Of a stretch of 64,000 bases of DNA, positions 10,227-19,444 are shown piece after piece. Origin of the DNA: Candidatus Bathyarchaeota archaeon (GTDB taxonomy: Archaea; Thermoproteota; Bathyarchaeia; TCS64); contig JBDRQD010000030.1 in the NCBI GenBank assembly GCA_043826455.1, forward strand, positions 38,881 through 102,880, read 5' to 3'. Under the pieces are notes generated by a model. It did no database searches. It saw only the letters and a list, made by a program, of their open reading frames with translations, and had not been told where the DNA came from. A program made the translations under genes and the position numbers. Position 1 is the stretch's first letter, and each line of letters opens with the position of its first letter.

Positions 10227-10454
10227 ATGGGTGCGGTTTTGAGGTTCAGCGTCATCGTCGAGCGGGACCAAGACGGTGTTTATGTCGGCTCCGTCCCTGA
10301 GCTTCCAGGCTGCCATACCCAAGCAAGGACCGTTGGCGAGCGCATGGAGCGCATACGTGAGGCTGTGGAGCTGTACCTGGAGGTCGAAGAAGTAGAGGGA
10401 GGGCGAGAGTTCATAGGCGTCCAGTTTCTAAAAGTCCCCTCACGTGAGCCTTAA
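10227..10454 (+). CDS. hicB: HicB family antitoxin
   Basis: YVGSVPELPGCHTQART...IREAVELYLE. Confidence 0.88.
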   Translation: MGAVLRFSVIVERDQDGVYVGSVPELPGCHTQARTVGERMERIREAVELYLEVEEVEGGREFIGVQFLKVPSREP

Positions 10455-10502
10455 ACCAGTCAAGGCCACATAGTTCATTGCATTTGTTAAATGCGGGGCT
10501 TC
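10444..10502 (+). pseudogene. HicA N-terminal remnant
   Basis: A GTG overlapping the hicB end reads SLKPVKAT*FIAFVK, resembling the start of HicA, then stops. Confidence 0.4.
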
Positions 10503-10637
10503 TGTAGTGAACTTTCTATTTTATTGCTGTGCCTTTGGTTGTGACTATTGCCGGAATGATAGGGCGCACAATGTTGCATCGACACTTTTCTTATGTTCTT
10601 TCAGTCTTTCGTGACGGACTTGAACTTGAGATAGCCT

Positions 10638-11033
10638 TCACTGTGTTGGGTTTAATTGGCCCTCTCCAAGTCTTTCTCTGATGAATGTGAGGATGATCCT
10701 CGCCGCCTGCATCGGGTCATCCGGCAAATAGCTTTCATGTACACTGTTATCTGATCCTTCATGGTAGTGTTTTGGGAAGGTTTTCACGTGGCTCCACTTA
10801 GGGTGTGGGGCATTATCATGCCTGTGTATCTGTCCTGTGATGTGTCTGTGTTCCCAGTGGTAGGAATACTTGCCTGACCCGGATAACCATATGTCCAAGT
10901 AGCTTCCATCGACGATGTAGACCCTGAGCTTTGCAGGCGTACCAGAGGACGTATGATGGATGTGGGTGTCTTCCACAATGTCAGGGTACTCGTTCATGCC
11001 GAGGTTGGATATCTCCCTGTAGAGGTTTTCCAA
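10638..11033 (-). CDS. DUF6516/TumE-like putative toxin
   Basis: YSYHW...RHDNAPH...TFPKHYH motif. Confidence 0.75.
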   Translation of the reverse strand: MENLYREISNLGMNEYPDIVEDTHIHHTSSGTPAKLRVYIVDGSYLDIWLSGSGKYSYHWEHRHITGQIHRHDNAPHPKWSHVKTFPKHYHEGSDNSVHESYLPDDPMQAARIILTFIRERLGEGQLNPTQ

Positions 11034-11045
11034 TCCCTGTTCCGC

Positions 11046-11339
11046 CTACTTGGGCATGGAGTCTAGTTCCCGCCGGATCTTCTCGGCCTGCTCGACGAGG
11101 TTCTCGTACTGGATGAGATCTTCCCACGTGGGGTGCTCCTCCACTGAGCCCTTCTTGATCTTCTCCTCCAGCTCACATGGGCTCCTGACCCTGTACCTGT
11201 TCTCCACGTCTTTGAGTTCGGCCTGGATCATCCTAAGCCTGGCTCTCAGGTACATCTTGACGCCCCCGGCGACGAGTTCCTCTGGGGGTACCCCCAGGGA
11301 CTTGGAGACTCTATCTACAAGTTCGCTGGTCTCGGTCAT
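11046..11339 (-). CDS. Putative cognate antitoxin (TumA-like)
   Basis: Small helical protein with EEHPTWEDLIQYENL, directly upstream of the DUF6516 gene. Confidence 0.65.
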   Translation of the reverse strand: MTETSELVDRVSKSLGVPPEELVAGGVKMYLRARLRMIQAELKDVENRYRVRSPCELEEKIKKGSVEEHPTWEDLIQYENLVEQAEKIRRELDSMPK

Positions 11340-11429
11340 CTACGTCGGTGATCTTTTCTCGGCGTGGCTTAATAACTTCACCGGAGGGCTCGTCGGCGTT
11401 GTTGTTGCGCCCGCGAGCGCGATGTTGTT

Positions 11430-11825
11430 CTAGATGTTGATGTTATCTCTTGCCTCAAGATCTTTCCTGATAATGTCCCTAAGGTAGTCTGATGCCTGGA
11501 AATAGAGTCCAGAGTCTAGCACCTGGTCTAAGACCTCTTTCAGGGGGATAGGTATTCGGGTGGAGACGACGACTGTGTCGAGAAGTAGTTTCTGTTCACT
11601 GGGCTCCTTCTTCTCATCTTTTTTAACGCTTACCTTTATCATCCTCAGCTGGATGCCTTTTTCTTCGAGGTCCTTTCGTATAAGGTAGTTCACGTACTCG
11701 GAGAGGTTGAGGTAGGCGCCGGTTTCGAGGATCCGGAGTAAAGCATCGTAGATGGGGGCCGTCACCCTCACGTTGAACGAGTATGAGCTTTTCGTTAGGC
11801 TCCATATATTTTCATCATCTTTCAA
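11430..11825 (-). CDS. Tandem ribbon-helix-helix DNA-binding protein
   Basis: Two RHH-like repeats: VRVTAPIYDALLRILETGAYLNLSEYVNYLIRKDLE and TRIPIPLKEVLDQVLDSGLYFQASDYLRDIIRKDLE. Confidence 0.7.
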   Translation of the reverse strand: MKDDENIWSLTKSSYSFNVRVTAPIYDALLRILETGAYLNLSEYVNYLIRKDLEEKGIQLRMIKVSVKKDEKKEPSEQKLLLDTVVVSTRIPIPLKEVLDQVLDSGLYFQASDYLRDIIRKDLEARDNINI

Positions 11826-12190
11826 GTATGATTATAGTGTCTTAAACAGTATTTAATGTTGATTCGGGCTCTATTTTTCTGTTAACCTCGTGCACGTATT
11901 AGAGTTGGGCTTCTGAGAATGAGGGCGGTGTGTTCTGAGGCTTGGTATTTATGAATTTTCTGAACAAACTGAAGCAATTGATATGTATGGATTAATTTTT
12001 TGTAGAATCCTGGATGTTTTTAACATGAATATCTAAAGTGATTTTGGTTTGAAGTGTGCTTATTCTCTATTTAGCTTATGTTCAGCATTTGTTAGGTATA
12101 TATAGTGGTGGTTAGTTTCGTTAACATACACTGCGTTTCCTTATTTTCGCCTCATTATTGTATACATTGAAAGTTTTTTGTGTACATACG

Positions 12191-12284
12191 TTTAAGTACT
12201 GCACTCTGTTTGTGTGTCTTGATCGTTGAGCAGGGTAGATTTAGCTATAATTTATCTCCCCTGTTCGCGACGATTAAAAGGTGA
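12191..12284 (+). promoter_or_regulatory. Putative TATA box, 5'-UTR stem-loop and SD of the S-layer gene
   Basis: TTTAAGTA at 12191; stem ATCGTTG/CGACGAT + AGCAGGG/CCCTGTT + AGAT/ATCT over 12222-12274; AGGTGA at 12279-12284. Confidence 0.5.
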
Positions 12285-12293
12285 AAAAGAAAA

Positions 12294-14780
12294 ATGAATA
12301 GTAAAAAAGCGATTACTCTACTAGTATTAGCAACACTCATAATGTCATTTGTACCTCTGGTACCTGTCAGAGCCATCACTATGAACGCTTACACCGGTAA
12401 GAAAGGTGGCGCTCTCCCCGAGCTTAGGAAGGGAAGCGTCATCGAGGTCACCGGTGGCGGCGTGACTGCTGGTGCAACGATCAACCTCTACTGGGACAAC
12501 GCCTTTAAGGAAACATTCAGTAGCGGCTCCGGTAAACTGAACTCGACAACAGCCAAGAATACAGGCGCCTACACAGTTAGGTTCAAGATACCTGAGGCTG
12601 TTGCAGGAGCCCACTACATCTGGGTGAAAGACACAGCCACCGGCGATACTCTAGGTGGTATCACTGTAGCTCAGTCAGCTCTAACACCTGTGCCTTACCT
12701 GAAGCTATCCCCAACCACAGGACTGGCCGGCGACACCATCACATTAACAGGCTACCACTTCGGCGACGAGGTTGACATCACACCCATCTCAGACAACTTC
12801 GTAGACTCTTACCCCTCCCCACTGGAAGCGACAGAGACTCCAGCAACACCCGAAACAACGGATCTGGGTACATTCACGTGTACCTTCAAAGTACCAGCAA
12901 CTACTGCCTACGGCTCCTACACAATCACGGCCACCGACACTACAAACACTGACACAGTACCCTTCACGGTTGGCGCCGCCATCTCACTCAACATTGAGGA
13001 GGGCCCAGTCGGCAAGGTAGTGCAGGTGTCAGGAAGAGGCTTCACTTCAGGACGTAACATTGAAAAAGCCGGAGTGACGATCAGCGCTACTCAATGCTAT
13101 GTCATCAACGATCCCGTTGTTGTAAAAGCAGACGGAACCTTCAAGGCATCCATAGTGATCCCCCAGGTAGCATCCACAAACGACTACACGATCACTGTTA
13201 CAGAGTCCGGTGCGTCACCGAAATCTGGTACAGCCGACTTTGAGGTAGTTGGATTAGCCGAGATTAAGGCTACTCCCGCCTACGGTCCTCAGGGATCGCA
13301 GATAACGGTTGAGGGCTGGAACTTTACACAGATCTCCAACACCAACGTGGTCGTCACACTCGCCACTGTAGGCTCTAAGACCTTCAAGACTGACTCCAAG
13401 GGCTACTTCAAGGGCATATACACTGTTCCCGCTGTAGCGGCTGGTGTTCAGACACTCATGGCAGAGCAGGCTTCCTACAACATTGACGCAGACGCGAACT
13501 TCAGGGCTGGCTTGATGATAGTTATCCTATCACCCAACTCAGGCCCGGCAGGCACCAAAGTCACTCTAACAGGCACAGGCTTCACTACAGGCGGCACGAC
13601 GCAGTGGAACGCAACCTTCGGCAACAATGATTGGGTAGATGAGACAATCCTGAACACAGATGGCACCCTATCCAAGGAGGTCTACGTCCCGACAATCACG
13701 CCAGGGGCATACACGGTCACCGTACTGGACATTGATGCCGAGATCGAGGTCACAGCAAGCTTCACCGTCACAAAGACGACGAACGTCACCCCTGACCCCC
13801 TCGTAGCTCCAAACGGCTACAAGGTAAAGTTCAAGGGCACGTTCTTCGCCGCAGACGATGACGACACAGAGGATGTGACACTTGACTGGGTGCTTTGGAA
13901 CGCCACAAGCAACTGGGACATGGACGTGTACAACAACACCTTGCTGACCATCGACTCCTTAGTCTGGGACACGGGTAACTTCACAGCCTACTGGGAAGTG
14001 CCCGATGACGACACCCTCGACCTAGGCGTCTACTGGGTCAACGTGACCGACAGCGAGGACCTGTTCTACCAGTTCCAGTTCGAGGTCGTGTCAAAGACCA
14101 CAGCCATCACGCCGAGGAAGGCCACCTTCAGGATCAGTGAGACAGTCGCCTTCAACGTACAGAGCAGCTTCTCCCAGGTGAACTCATACATCAAGGTATG
14201 GGACCCTGCAAGCAACCTGTACTGGAAGACAGACCTGTTCGTCACCGGTAACTGGATCAAGGTAGGCACCCTACAGGTGTATCCCTTCTACGAGCAGACC
14301 GCCGGCGGAAACCCGATGGTCCTCCTGGAGGACGCACCCCTGGGCACCTACACCTGGAAGTGGTACGACGAAGATGACGAGGTAGTCAGCTCAGGCACCC
14401 TCATGGTCGCAGCCGCGACCGAGTCGGTGCTTGGCGCACAGATCGAGGACCTGAACAAGGCAGTCACTGACCTGCAGACCGACATATCCACGGTCAGCAC
14501 AGAGATGGCCGGAGTCAGGACCCAGATCACCAACGCCATCAACGCAGCCAACGCAGCAGTCCAGGCAGCCAACGCGGCCACACAGGCCGTCAACGCAGTC
14601 GCCCAGACCGCCAGCGCAGCGTCCACAGCAGCCACCAACGCAGCTAACGCTGCCACGGAGGCCAAGAACGCCGCCAACGGCCTGACGACACTGGTCTACG
14701 GCGCCATCGGCGCATCACTAGTAGCAGCACTCGCAGCAATCGTAAGCCTAATGCAGATAAGCAGAAGGATCGCGGGCTAA
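12294..14780 (+). CDS. S-layer / major surface glycoprotein with repeated Ig-like (IPT/TIG-like) domains, coiled coil and C-terminal TM anchor
   Basis: Signal peptide; repeated P-x-x-G-P-x-G-x-x-V-T-x-x-G-x-G-F units; many N-x-S/T sequons; Ala/Asn-rich coiled coil; hydrophobic tail ending SRRIAG. Confidence 0.8.
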   Translation: MNSKKAITLLVLATLIMSFVPLVPVRAITMNAYTGKKGGALPELRKGSVIEVTGGGVTAGATINLYWDNAFKETFSSGSGKLNSTTAKNTGAYTVRFKIPEAVAGAHYIWVKDTATGDTLGGITVAQSALTPVPYLKLSPTTGLAGDTITLTGYHFGDEVDITPISDNFVDSYPSPLEATETPATPETTDLGTFTCTFKVPATTAYGSYTITATDTTNTDTVPFTVGAAISLNIEEGPVGKVVQVSGRGFTSGRNIEKAGVTISATQCYVINDPVVVKADGTFKASIVIPQVASTNDYTITVTESGASPKSGTADFEVVGLAEIKATPAYGPQGSQITVEGWNFTQISNTNVVVTLATVGSKTFKTDSKGYFKGIYTVPAVAAGVQTLMAEQASYNIDADANFRAGLMIVILSPNSGPAGTKVTLTGTGFTTGGTTQWNATFGNNDWVDETILNTDGTLSKEVYVPTITPGAYTVTVLDIDAEIEVTASFTVTKTTNVTPDPLVAPNGYKVKFKGTFFAADDDDTEDVTLDWVLWNATSNWDMDVYNNTLLTIDSLVWDTGNFTAYWEVPDDDTLDLGVYWVNVTDSEDLFYQFQFEVVSKTTAITPRKATFRISETVAFNVQSSFSQVNSYIKVWDPASNLYWKTDLFVTGNWIKVGTLQVYPFYEQTAGGNPMVLLEDAPLGTYTWKWYDEDDEVVSSGTLMVAAATESVLGAQIEDLNKAVTDLQTDISTVSTEMAGVRTQITNAINAANAAVQAANAATQAVNAVAQTASAASTAATNAANAATEAKNAANGLTTLVYGAIGASLVAALAAIVSLMQISRRIAG

Positions 14781-14800
14781 ACCCGCAACCCCCTTTTCTT
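14668..14800 (+). repeat. S-layer 3' end and terminator, copy 1 of a direct repeat
   Basis: Matches 15446-15578 at an offset of 778 bp. Confidence 0.95.
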
Positions 14801-14811
14801 TAATTTCTTTT
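14781..14811 (+). terminator. Oligo-T archaeal terminator after the S-layer gene
   Basis: CCCCCTTTTCTTTAATTTCTTTT just after the stop codon. Confidence 0.55.
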
Positions 14812-14901
14812 AATCCCCGAAACCAGTGGACACTAGGATCGGTCAATTCCCTCAATTACCCAAACATTGTAGAGAACAAACAAAAGTCTACTCTAAGATG
14901 T

Positions 14902-15159
14902 CTACCTGTAAACTGTTCTCCTGTGCTGTACATCCAGGAGCGTCACAGAGAGTCCCACATCATCAACAATGTAAATAACGCGATAATCACCCACCCTGAG
15001 GCTCCACCTGCCAGACAGAGGCCCCTTCAGGGGCTTACCTAAGTGTGGATCTTCTTCAAGATTAGTAACCGCCTCATCGATCCTTACACGCTGAATCTTG
15101 TTCAATAATCTAAGGTTCTTCTCGAAGGTCCGGGTAACCTTGAGGCTATACCTCGTCAC
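14902..15159 (-). CDS. relE: RelE/ParE family toxin
   Basis: GKPLKGPLSGRWSLRVGDYRVIY...HRRTVYR. Confidence 0.9.
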   Translation of the reverse strand: MTRYSLKVTRTFEKNLRLLNKIQRVRIDEAVTNLEEDPHLGKPLKGPLSGRWSLRVGDYRVIYIVDDVGLSVTLLDVQHRRTVYR

Positions 15160-15373
15160 CCCGTCTCAACTCCTCTATGAGGTCCCTGTAATCCCGTACC
15201 CTCCCCGCCTTAACATCCTCCTCTGCCTCACGGAGGCTCGCCAAAGCCTCCTCATCCTCCAGGATCTCCAGGGTTTCTGTGATACCCTCAAGAAGCCCTC
15301 CGACGCGTAAGAGAAGTGCCCTATCCTCATCCGTGAGTAGAAGATCGCCTTCAGCCATGTACGCACCAACCAT
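15146..15373 (-). CDS. RelB/Phd-like antitoxin
   Basis: ETLEILEDEEALASLREAEEDVKAGRV; overlaps relE. Confidence 0.75.
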   Translation of the reverse strand: MVGAYMAEGDLLLTDEDRALLLRVGGLLEGITETLEILEDEEALASLREAEEDVKAGRVRDYRDLIEELRRGDEV

Positions 15374-15445
15374 ACAGGAGAGTGCTTCCTATATGAACCT
15401 AACTTCAAGAAAATGAAATATTATTATCGTGATGGATGAACATTT

Positions 15446-15578
15446 ACGCAGCCAACGGCCTGACCACACTGATCTACGGCGCCATCGGCGCATCGCTAGT
15501 AGCCGCACTCGCAGCAATCGTAAGCCTGATGCAGATAAGCAGAAGGATCGCGGGCTAAACCCGCAACCCCCATTTTCT
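15446..15578 (+). repeat. Orphan copy of the S-layer gene 3' end (anchor, stop and terminator)
   Basis: Encodes AANGLTTLIYGAIGASLVAALAAIVSLMQISRRIAG*; 6 substitutions relative to copy 1 in the coding part. Confidence 0.95.
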
Positions 15579-15899
15579 TATTTTTTATTATTCTAAGGAG
15601 TCCAAAGTAGTGATATCTAGGCTTAGCTCCACGCCCAGAAGAAGCTTAATCTTCCCCGTCTCTGCGAAGCGTACATTGAGCTACTAGACAGTATTGGCGA
15701 TGGGGATTCAGGATCATTCAATAATAACTTTCGTAGAAGATTTTTCTCGGCCCTATTTACGGCAGCTCTTAACCACACAGACACTGATGCTGCAACCAGC
15801 AATGTGGCGTGTCGTTTAGACCCTGAAGAGGATGCAGCTCACATACTTTCAGCGAATACTAAAAAAAGGCGACTCAAAGTATATGATGTTGAATACTGG

Positions 15900-16070
15900 C
15901 GCTCTCCTAGCTGCCTGTCGTCGGCTGTGACCCGAAGGGCGTTCTACTGGTTAGAGTGGACTAAACACGCATCGTAGATCGTCGCGTTGAGGCATTTTGA
16001 TGTGGCAGCTGCCTGTCTCATGCCTTTGTCGTCTTCTGTATAGACTCTGTCTTTCTCTATGCGGTTTCTA
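15900..16070 (-). pseudogene. VapC/PIN C-terminal remnant
   Basis: Reads ...LNATIYDACLVHSNQ*NALRVTADDRQL (compare TVYDSC...YTSDRK in 17279..17695); internal stop; 5' part missing. Confidence 0.55.
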
Positions 16071-16076
16071 TTAGTT

Positions 16077-16090
16077 TATTGGTACCAATA
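16077..16090. repeat. Palindrome TATTGGTACCAATA, copy 1
   Basis: Exact 14-mer; shares 20 bp (TAGTTTATTGGTACCAATAG) with copy 4. Confidence 0.95.
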
Positions 16091-16249
16091 GTGTTAATCG
16101 GAGCCCTATTTTCCTAAGAAACGGGGAAACTATGGTTGAATTGGTTCCCAACCGTAGAGGGATCTTGACTCATCACCTCTTGTCAGCCCAGGTCCACAGG
16201 CCACACATGGAATACCTACACGTTTTTCCCGTTAAACCCCGGAAGGCGC

Positions 16250-16790
16250 TCCATGCCTGTGCTCCTTGAACCTCCCCGGAGCACCCTCCTTCTCGTCAAG
16301 CAGCCGGAGAGTTGAGCCCACGGCAGAGGATGCAGAGGGTGCCCCTGAGGGGGTCACGGAGGGTGCCTCTAAGGGTACAAGGGTACCTCGGAGGGGGCTT
16401 AGGAGGGGGCTCCTATACCCCCTCCCCTTTGGCTAAGGAGGCCGGTTACACAATGGAGGAGCTACCCCCCTGGGTAGGCTCTAGCCTCGTAAGGGCCAGG
16501 CAAGGCACCCCCACAGGAGCCACAGGCCGAAGAGAGGCCCCTGCCCAAGCCCATGCTAGGCCCAGAGGAGGCCGCCAGGAGGCTGGCTAAGAGGCTACAG
16601 GCCAGGCGTCAAGCCGAGCCAGAGGCTAACACTATGCTCCTAGGGGGGGTGGTTCAGCAGACGCTGAGGGGGGCCTGGCCTCTGGCCTAGGTAGGGGCCT
16701 AGATGGGGGCTCTGATACCCCCTCCCCTTAGGCTATGAGGAGGCTCTCCAGCTGCTCAACCAGAAAGAGAGCGGCTCTATTGTCGAGTGT
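16250..16790. repeat. GC-rich low-complexity non-coding tract with a ~36-bp direct repeat
   Basis: GGGGGCTCCTATACCCCCTCCCCTTTGGCTA (16405) versus GGGGGCTCTGATACCCCCTCCCCTTAGGCTA (16705); recurring GAGGG/AGGC. Confidence 0.6.
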
Positions 16791-17042
16791 CAGGGGGCAA
16801 GTACCGGGTTACCAGCGTCAACGGGGAAATCAAGCTCACCCCAATAACCCAGACAGAGGTGCTGGCCGGCCTTTCCCTGGCGGCGGCGGTAAGTAAGGCC
16901 ATGGTTAACAACGTCGAGGTGAGCATGCTGGTCGTCGCAAGAAGGTGACCCACCCTTCAGGGATCGCTGAATTGCCCTGATCCGGAGAGCCATTCTGGAA
17001 AAGTTAGAAAAGTATATAATCCTGGAAAACCCAACAACACAT

Positions 17043-17303
17043 ATGAGCGTCAGCATCAAGGATCTCGACGAGAACGCCTACAGGAACCTCAAAGCCGAAG
17101 CCATCCGCCACGGCATGAGGGTAAGCGAGGCCGCAACCGAAGCCTTCAGACTCTGGGTCGCCTCCAAGAGACAGACGCGCCAAAGAGACCAGGAACGCAT
17201 GCGGAACGCGGCAGAAGACATGGACACGCTGAGAAGCCAAGGCAAGGTTATATGGTCCGGGGCTGAGGAGATAAGGAGATGGCGGGACGAACGGAAGCGG
17301 TAG
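17043..17303 (+). CDS. vapB: VapB-type antitoxin (RHH-like)
   Basis: SIKDLDENAYRNLKAEA...SGAEEIRRWRD; overlaps the PIN gene. Confidence 0.75.
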   Translation: MSVSIKDLDENAYRNLKAEAIRHGMRVSEAATEAFRLWVASKRQTRQRDQERMRNAAEDMDTLRSQGKVIWSGAEEIRRWRDERKR

Positions 17304-17695
17304 TCGACGCCTCCACAGCCATTAAATGGCTATCCGAGGAAGAGGGAACCCCCGCCGCCCTCAAACTGAGAGAAGAACACATAGAGGGAACCACAGTCCT
17401 GTCCGCCCCCGATCTACTCCTCTACGAGCTGGCCAACGCCCTCCGATACAGACCAGACTATGACGACGAGAAAGTGACGCAAGCCCTAATCAACGTCATC
17501 GACCTCCAGATCGACCTGATAACCCCCGGAAGGGAACTCCTCCAACAATCCACCAAAGACGCATACATCTACGATACGACAGTCTACGACTCATGTTACC
17601 TCGCCCTCGGTGAACTCATGGGGGTCGAAGTTTACACGTCTGACAGAAAGTTTTACGAGAAGGCGAAGGGATCAGACATTCTAAGGCTCATTTAA
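17279..17695 (+). CDS. vapC: PIN-domain VapC toxin
   Basis: VVDASTAIKW, YELANAL, VYDSCYLAL and TSD motifs. Confidence 0.9.
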   Translation: MAGRTEAVVDASTAIKWLSEEEGTPAALKLREEHIEGTTVLSAPDLLLYELANALRYRPDYDDEKVTQALINVIDLQIDLITPGRELLQQSTKDAYIYDTTVYDSCYLALGELMGVEVYTSDRKFYEKAKGSDILRLI

Positions 17696-17771
17696 CTCCA
17701 AAGCTGCGCGCGCCATGTGTGTGCATCGATTACAGCCCTGCGCACTTTGAAAGGTGATGCGTACACGCCTC

Positions 17772-18203
17772 CTACCCTAACACTTTAAGAAACTCATCGG
17801 GAGTGAGCGAGGCGATGAAGGCGGAGGCTTTAGTGAACTGCTTGTCCTCAGTGATGACATGGCTGGCCCCTGAGATCACGCCGGAAGCAGCGATGATGGC
17901 GTCAGGGAGCCTCATCCCGGTTTTCGCCCTTATCTTGCCGGCGAGCTCCGCCAACCCGGTATCGACGTCCACGATCGCGTACTCGCCTGTGGAGCGGAAG
18001 TGCAGGACGAAGTCCTTGAGCCCGGTCTCATCACCCGATGTGTGGTAGCCGACAGCGACCTCGGCGATGGTCACAGTTGAGATCGCGGCCCTGGCTTTCC
18101 CCGACTCAACCTGGTCAAGGATCTCAACCACGCCTTCATACCCAGGCTCCCGGTTGTACACCTTGAGTAGGACGTTCGTGTCGAGAACTACTCTCGGTCC
18201 CAC
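17772..18203 (-). CDS. vapC: PIN-domain VapC toxin
   Basis: VVLDTNV, TIAEV, LPDAIIAAS and ITED motifs. Confidence 0.9.
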   Translation of the reverse strand: MGPRVVLDTNVLLKVYNREPGYEGVVEILDQVESGKARAAISTVTIAEVAVGYHTSGDETGLKDFVLHFRSTGEYAIVDVDTGLAELAGKIRAKTGMRLPDAIIAASGVISGASHVITEDKQFTKASAFIASLTPDEFLKVLG

Positions 18204-18433
18204 TCCCTACGTAGCCTCCTCTGGAATGCTAGACTCGGCTCGCCGAGGGGCTTCGCCCTCATTAATATGTCGCTGAGCTTATCCTTTGGAACTTTCCTCA
18301 GCGTCACCGTGTCTCCGTCAGCCTGGAATATTACTTTGTCCCCTTCAGATACACCTAGAGCCACCCGGATGTCCTTCGGTATCGTGACTTGACCCTTGGA
18401 TGTGACTGAGCTTACTCCTACCTCCAACACCAT
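18188..18433 (-). CDS. vapB: AbrB/MazE/SpoVT antitoxin
   Basis: VTSKGQVTIPKDIRVALGVSEGD. Confidence 0.88.
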   Translation of the reverse strand: MVLEVGVSSVTSKGQVTIPKDIRVALGVSEGDKVIFQADGDTVTLRKVPKDKLSDILMRAKPLGEPSLAFQRRLRREWDRE

Positions 18434-18558
18434 CCCCCGAATAGACGGTCTACATACTTACTTATATGCATTACATTTCTTACTCGAAAATAAGAAAAAC
18501 TGTGTCTTTGCATGAAGATGACCCAGCAAATCTGTGTTACAGGGTCATGAGCGTAGGC

Positions 18559-18666
18559 GTGAACTACCCACCTTGCGCCTATATGAAGGCGTATATATCC
18601 CTTACGATGCGGGTTCAATTCATCCCATGACTGAAGTCATGGACTTTCTTGAACCCGCATCGTAAG
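18559..18666 (+). mobile_element. Hairpin element resembling IS200/IS605-family ends (non-autonomous remnant)
   Basis: GTGAACTACCC at 18559; perfect 18-bp inverted repeat 18601-18618/18649-18666 enclosing TTCATC-CCATGAC-TGAA-GTCATGG-ACTTTC. Confidence 0.45.
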
Positions 18667-18710
18667 AGAAAGCTTTATACCATTACACCATAGAAACAAT
18701 AATTGGTAAA

Positions 18711-18977
18711 ATGGCAGAAATAGTCGAAGTTGATAAATCAGGCCGAATAGTGCTCCCGAAGAGGCTCCGCGACGAGCTAGGCATCCGCGAGAGAACACGG
18801 CTGATACTCATGAAGAGAAACGGCAAAATAACAATGATGCCCCTCGATGTAGACGAGATAGCCCGAAGGCTAGAGAAAGAGCTAGAGGGGATGGAAGTTG
18901 AGGAGATCGCCGCATCCATCAGGAGGGAGATCAACGCCAAGATCGCGAAGGAGCACCCGGAGCTTTCTGCTGGATAA
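18711..18977 (+). CDS. vapB: AbrB/MazE/SpoVT antitoxin
   Basis: VEVDKSGRIVLPKRLRDELGI. Confidence 0.88.
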   Translation: MAEIVEVDKSGRIVLPKRLRDELGIRERTRLILMKRNGKITMMPLDVDEIARRLEKELEGMEVEEIAASIRREINAKIAKEHPELSAG

Positions 18978-19380
18978 CAACGTCTTCGTGGCAGCCATAG
19001 CCAAACCAAGCCGGACCACTGGAACACTTAGACTGATCCTCCACCTCATCGCAGACGACGACATACAGCTTATAGGCGACAGGTACCTCGCCGAGGAGAT
19101 GATCCGCTACGCAGAGGTCTACCCCTCAGAGACGGCGGCGTCGCTCCTGGAGGCCCTCGCCTCAAAATTAAAGCTCGTCGATGTAGAGGAAAAGTACCTA
19201 AAGATATGCAAGGAATACATTGGGACAAATGATCTATCTGACGTGTACCACGCAGCTGCCTGCCTTCAGACCGGATCGGCCCTGATAAGCGATGATGGAC
19301 ACTTCAACCGGATACGGGACGAGGGTATAATTAATGTCTGGAGCACCCATCAGGTAATAAAGGAGCTTCTGGGCGTCTAG
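18898..19380 (+). CDS. vapC: PIN-domain toxin (true start uncertain, probably further downstream)
   Basis: FLLDNNVFVAA, LAEE, DVYHAAAC and LISDDGHF motifs. Confidence 0.8.
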   Translation: MRRSPHPSGGRSTPRSRRSTRSFLLDNNVFVAAIAKPSRTTGTLRLILHLIADDDIQLIGDRYLAEEMIRYAEVYPSETAASLLEALASKLKLVDVEEKYLKICKEYIGTNDLSDVYHAAACLQTGSALISDDGHFNRIRDEGIINVWSTHQVIKELLGV

Positions 19381-19444
19381 AGGAACCTATAATATGATGT
19401 TTAGATTCACCTAATTCACGGTCTCACCTCCGGAAGCCGAGGCA

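Noticed and set aside
14530-14680. GCAGCCAAC-type short repeats
   Set aside because: They simply encode the Ala/Asn-rich coiled coil of the S-layer protein.
16312-16590. 92-aa ORF in the G-rich tract
   Set aside because: Low-complexity translation with no motif or translation signals.
18605-18630. tRNA T-loop-like GGGTTCAATTC
   Set aside because: No cloverleaf can be built; it is part of a long hairpin.
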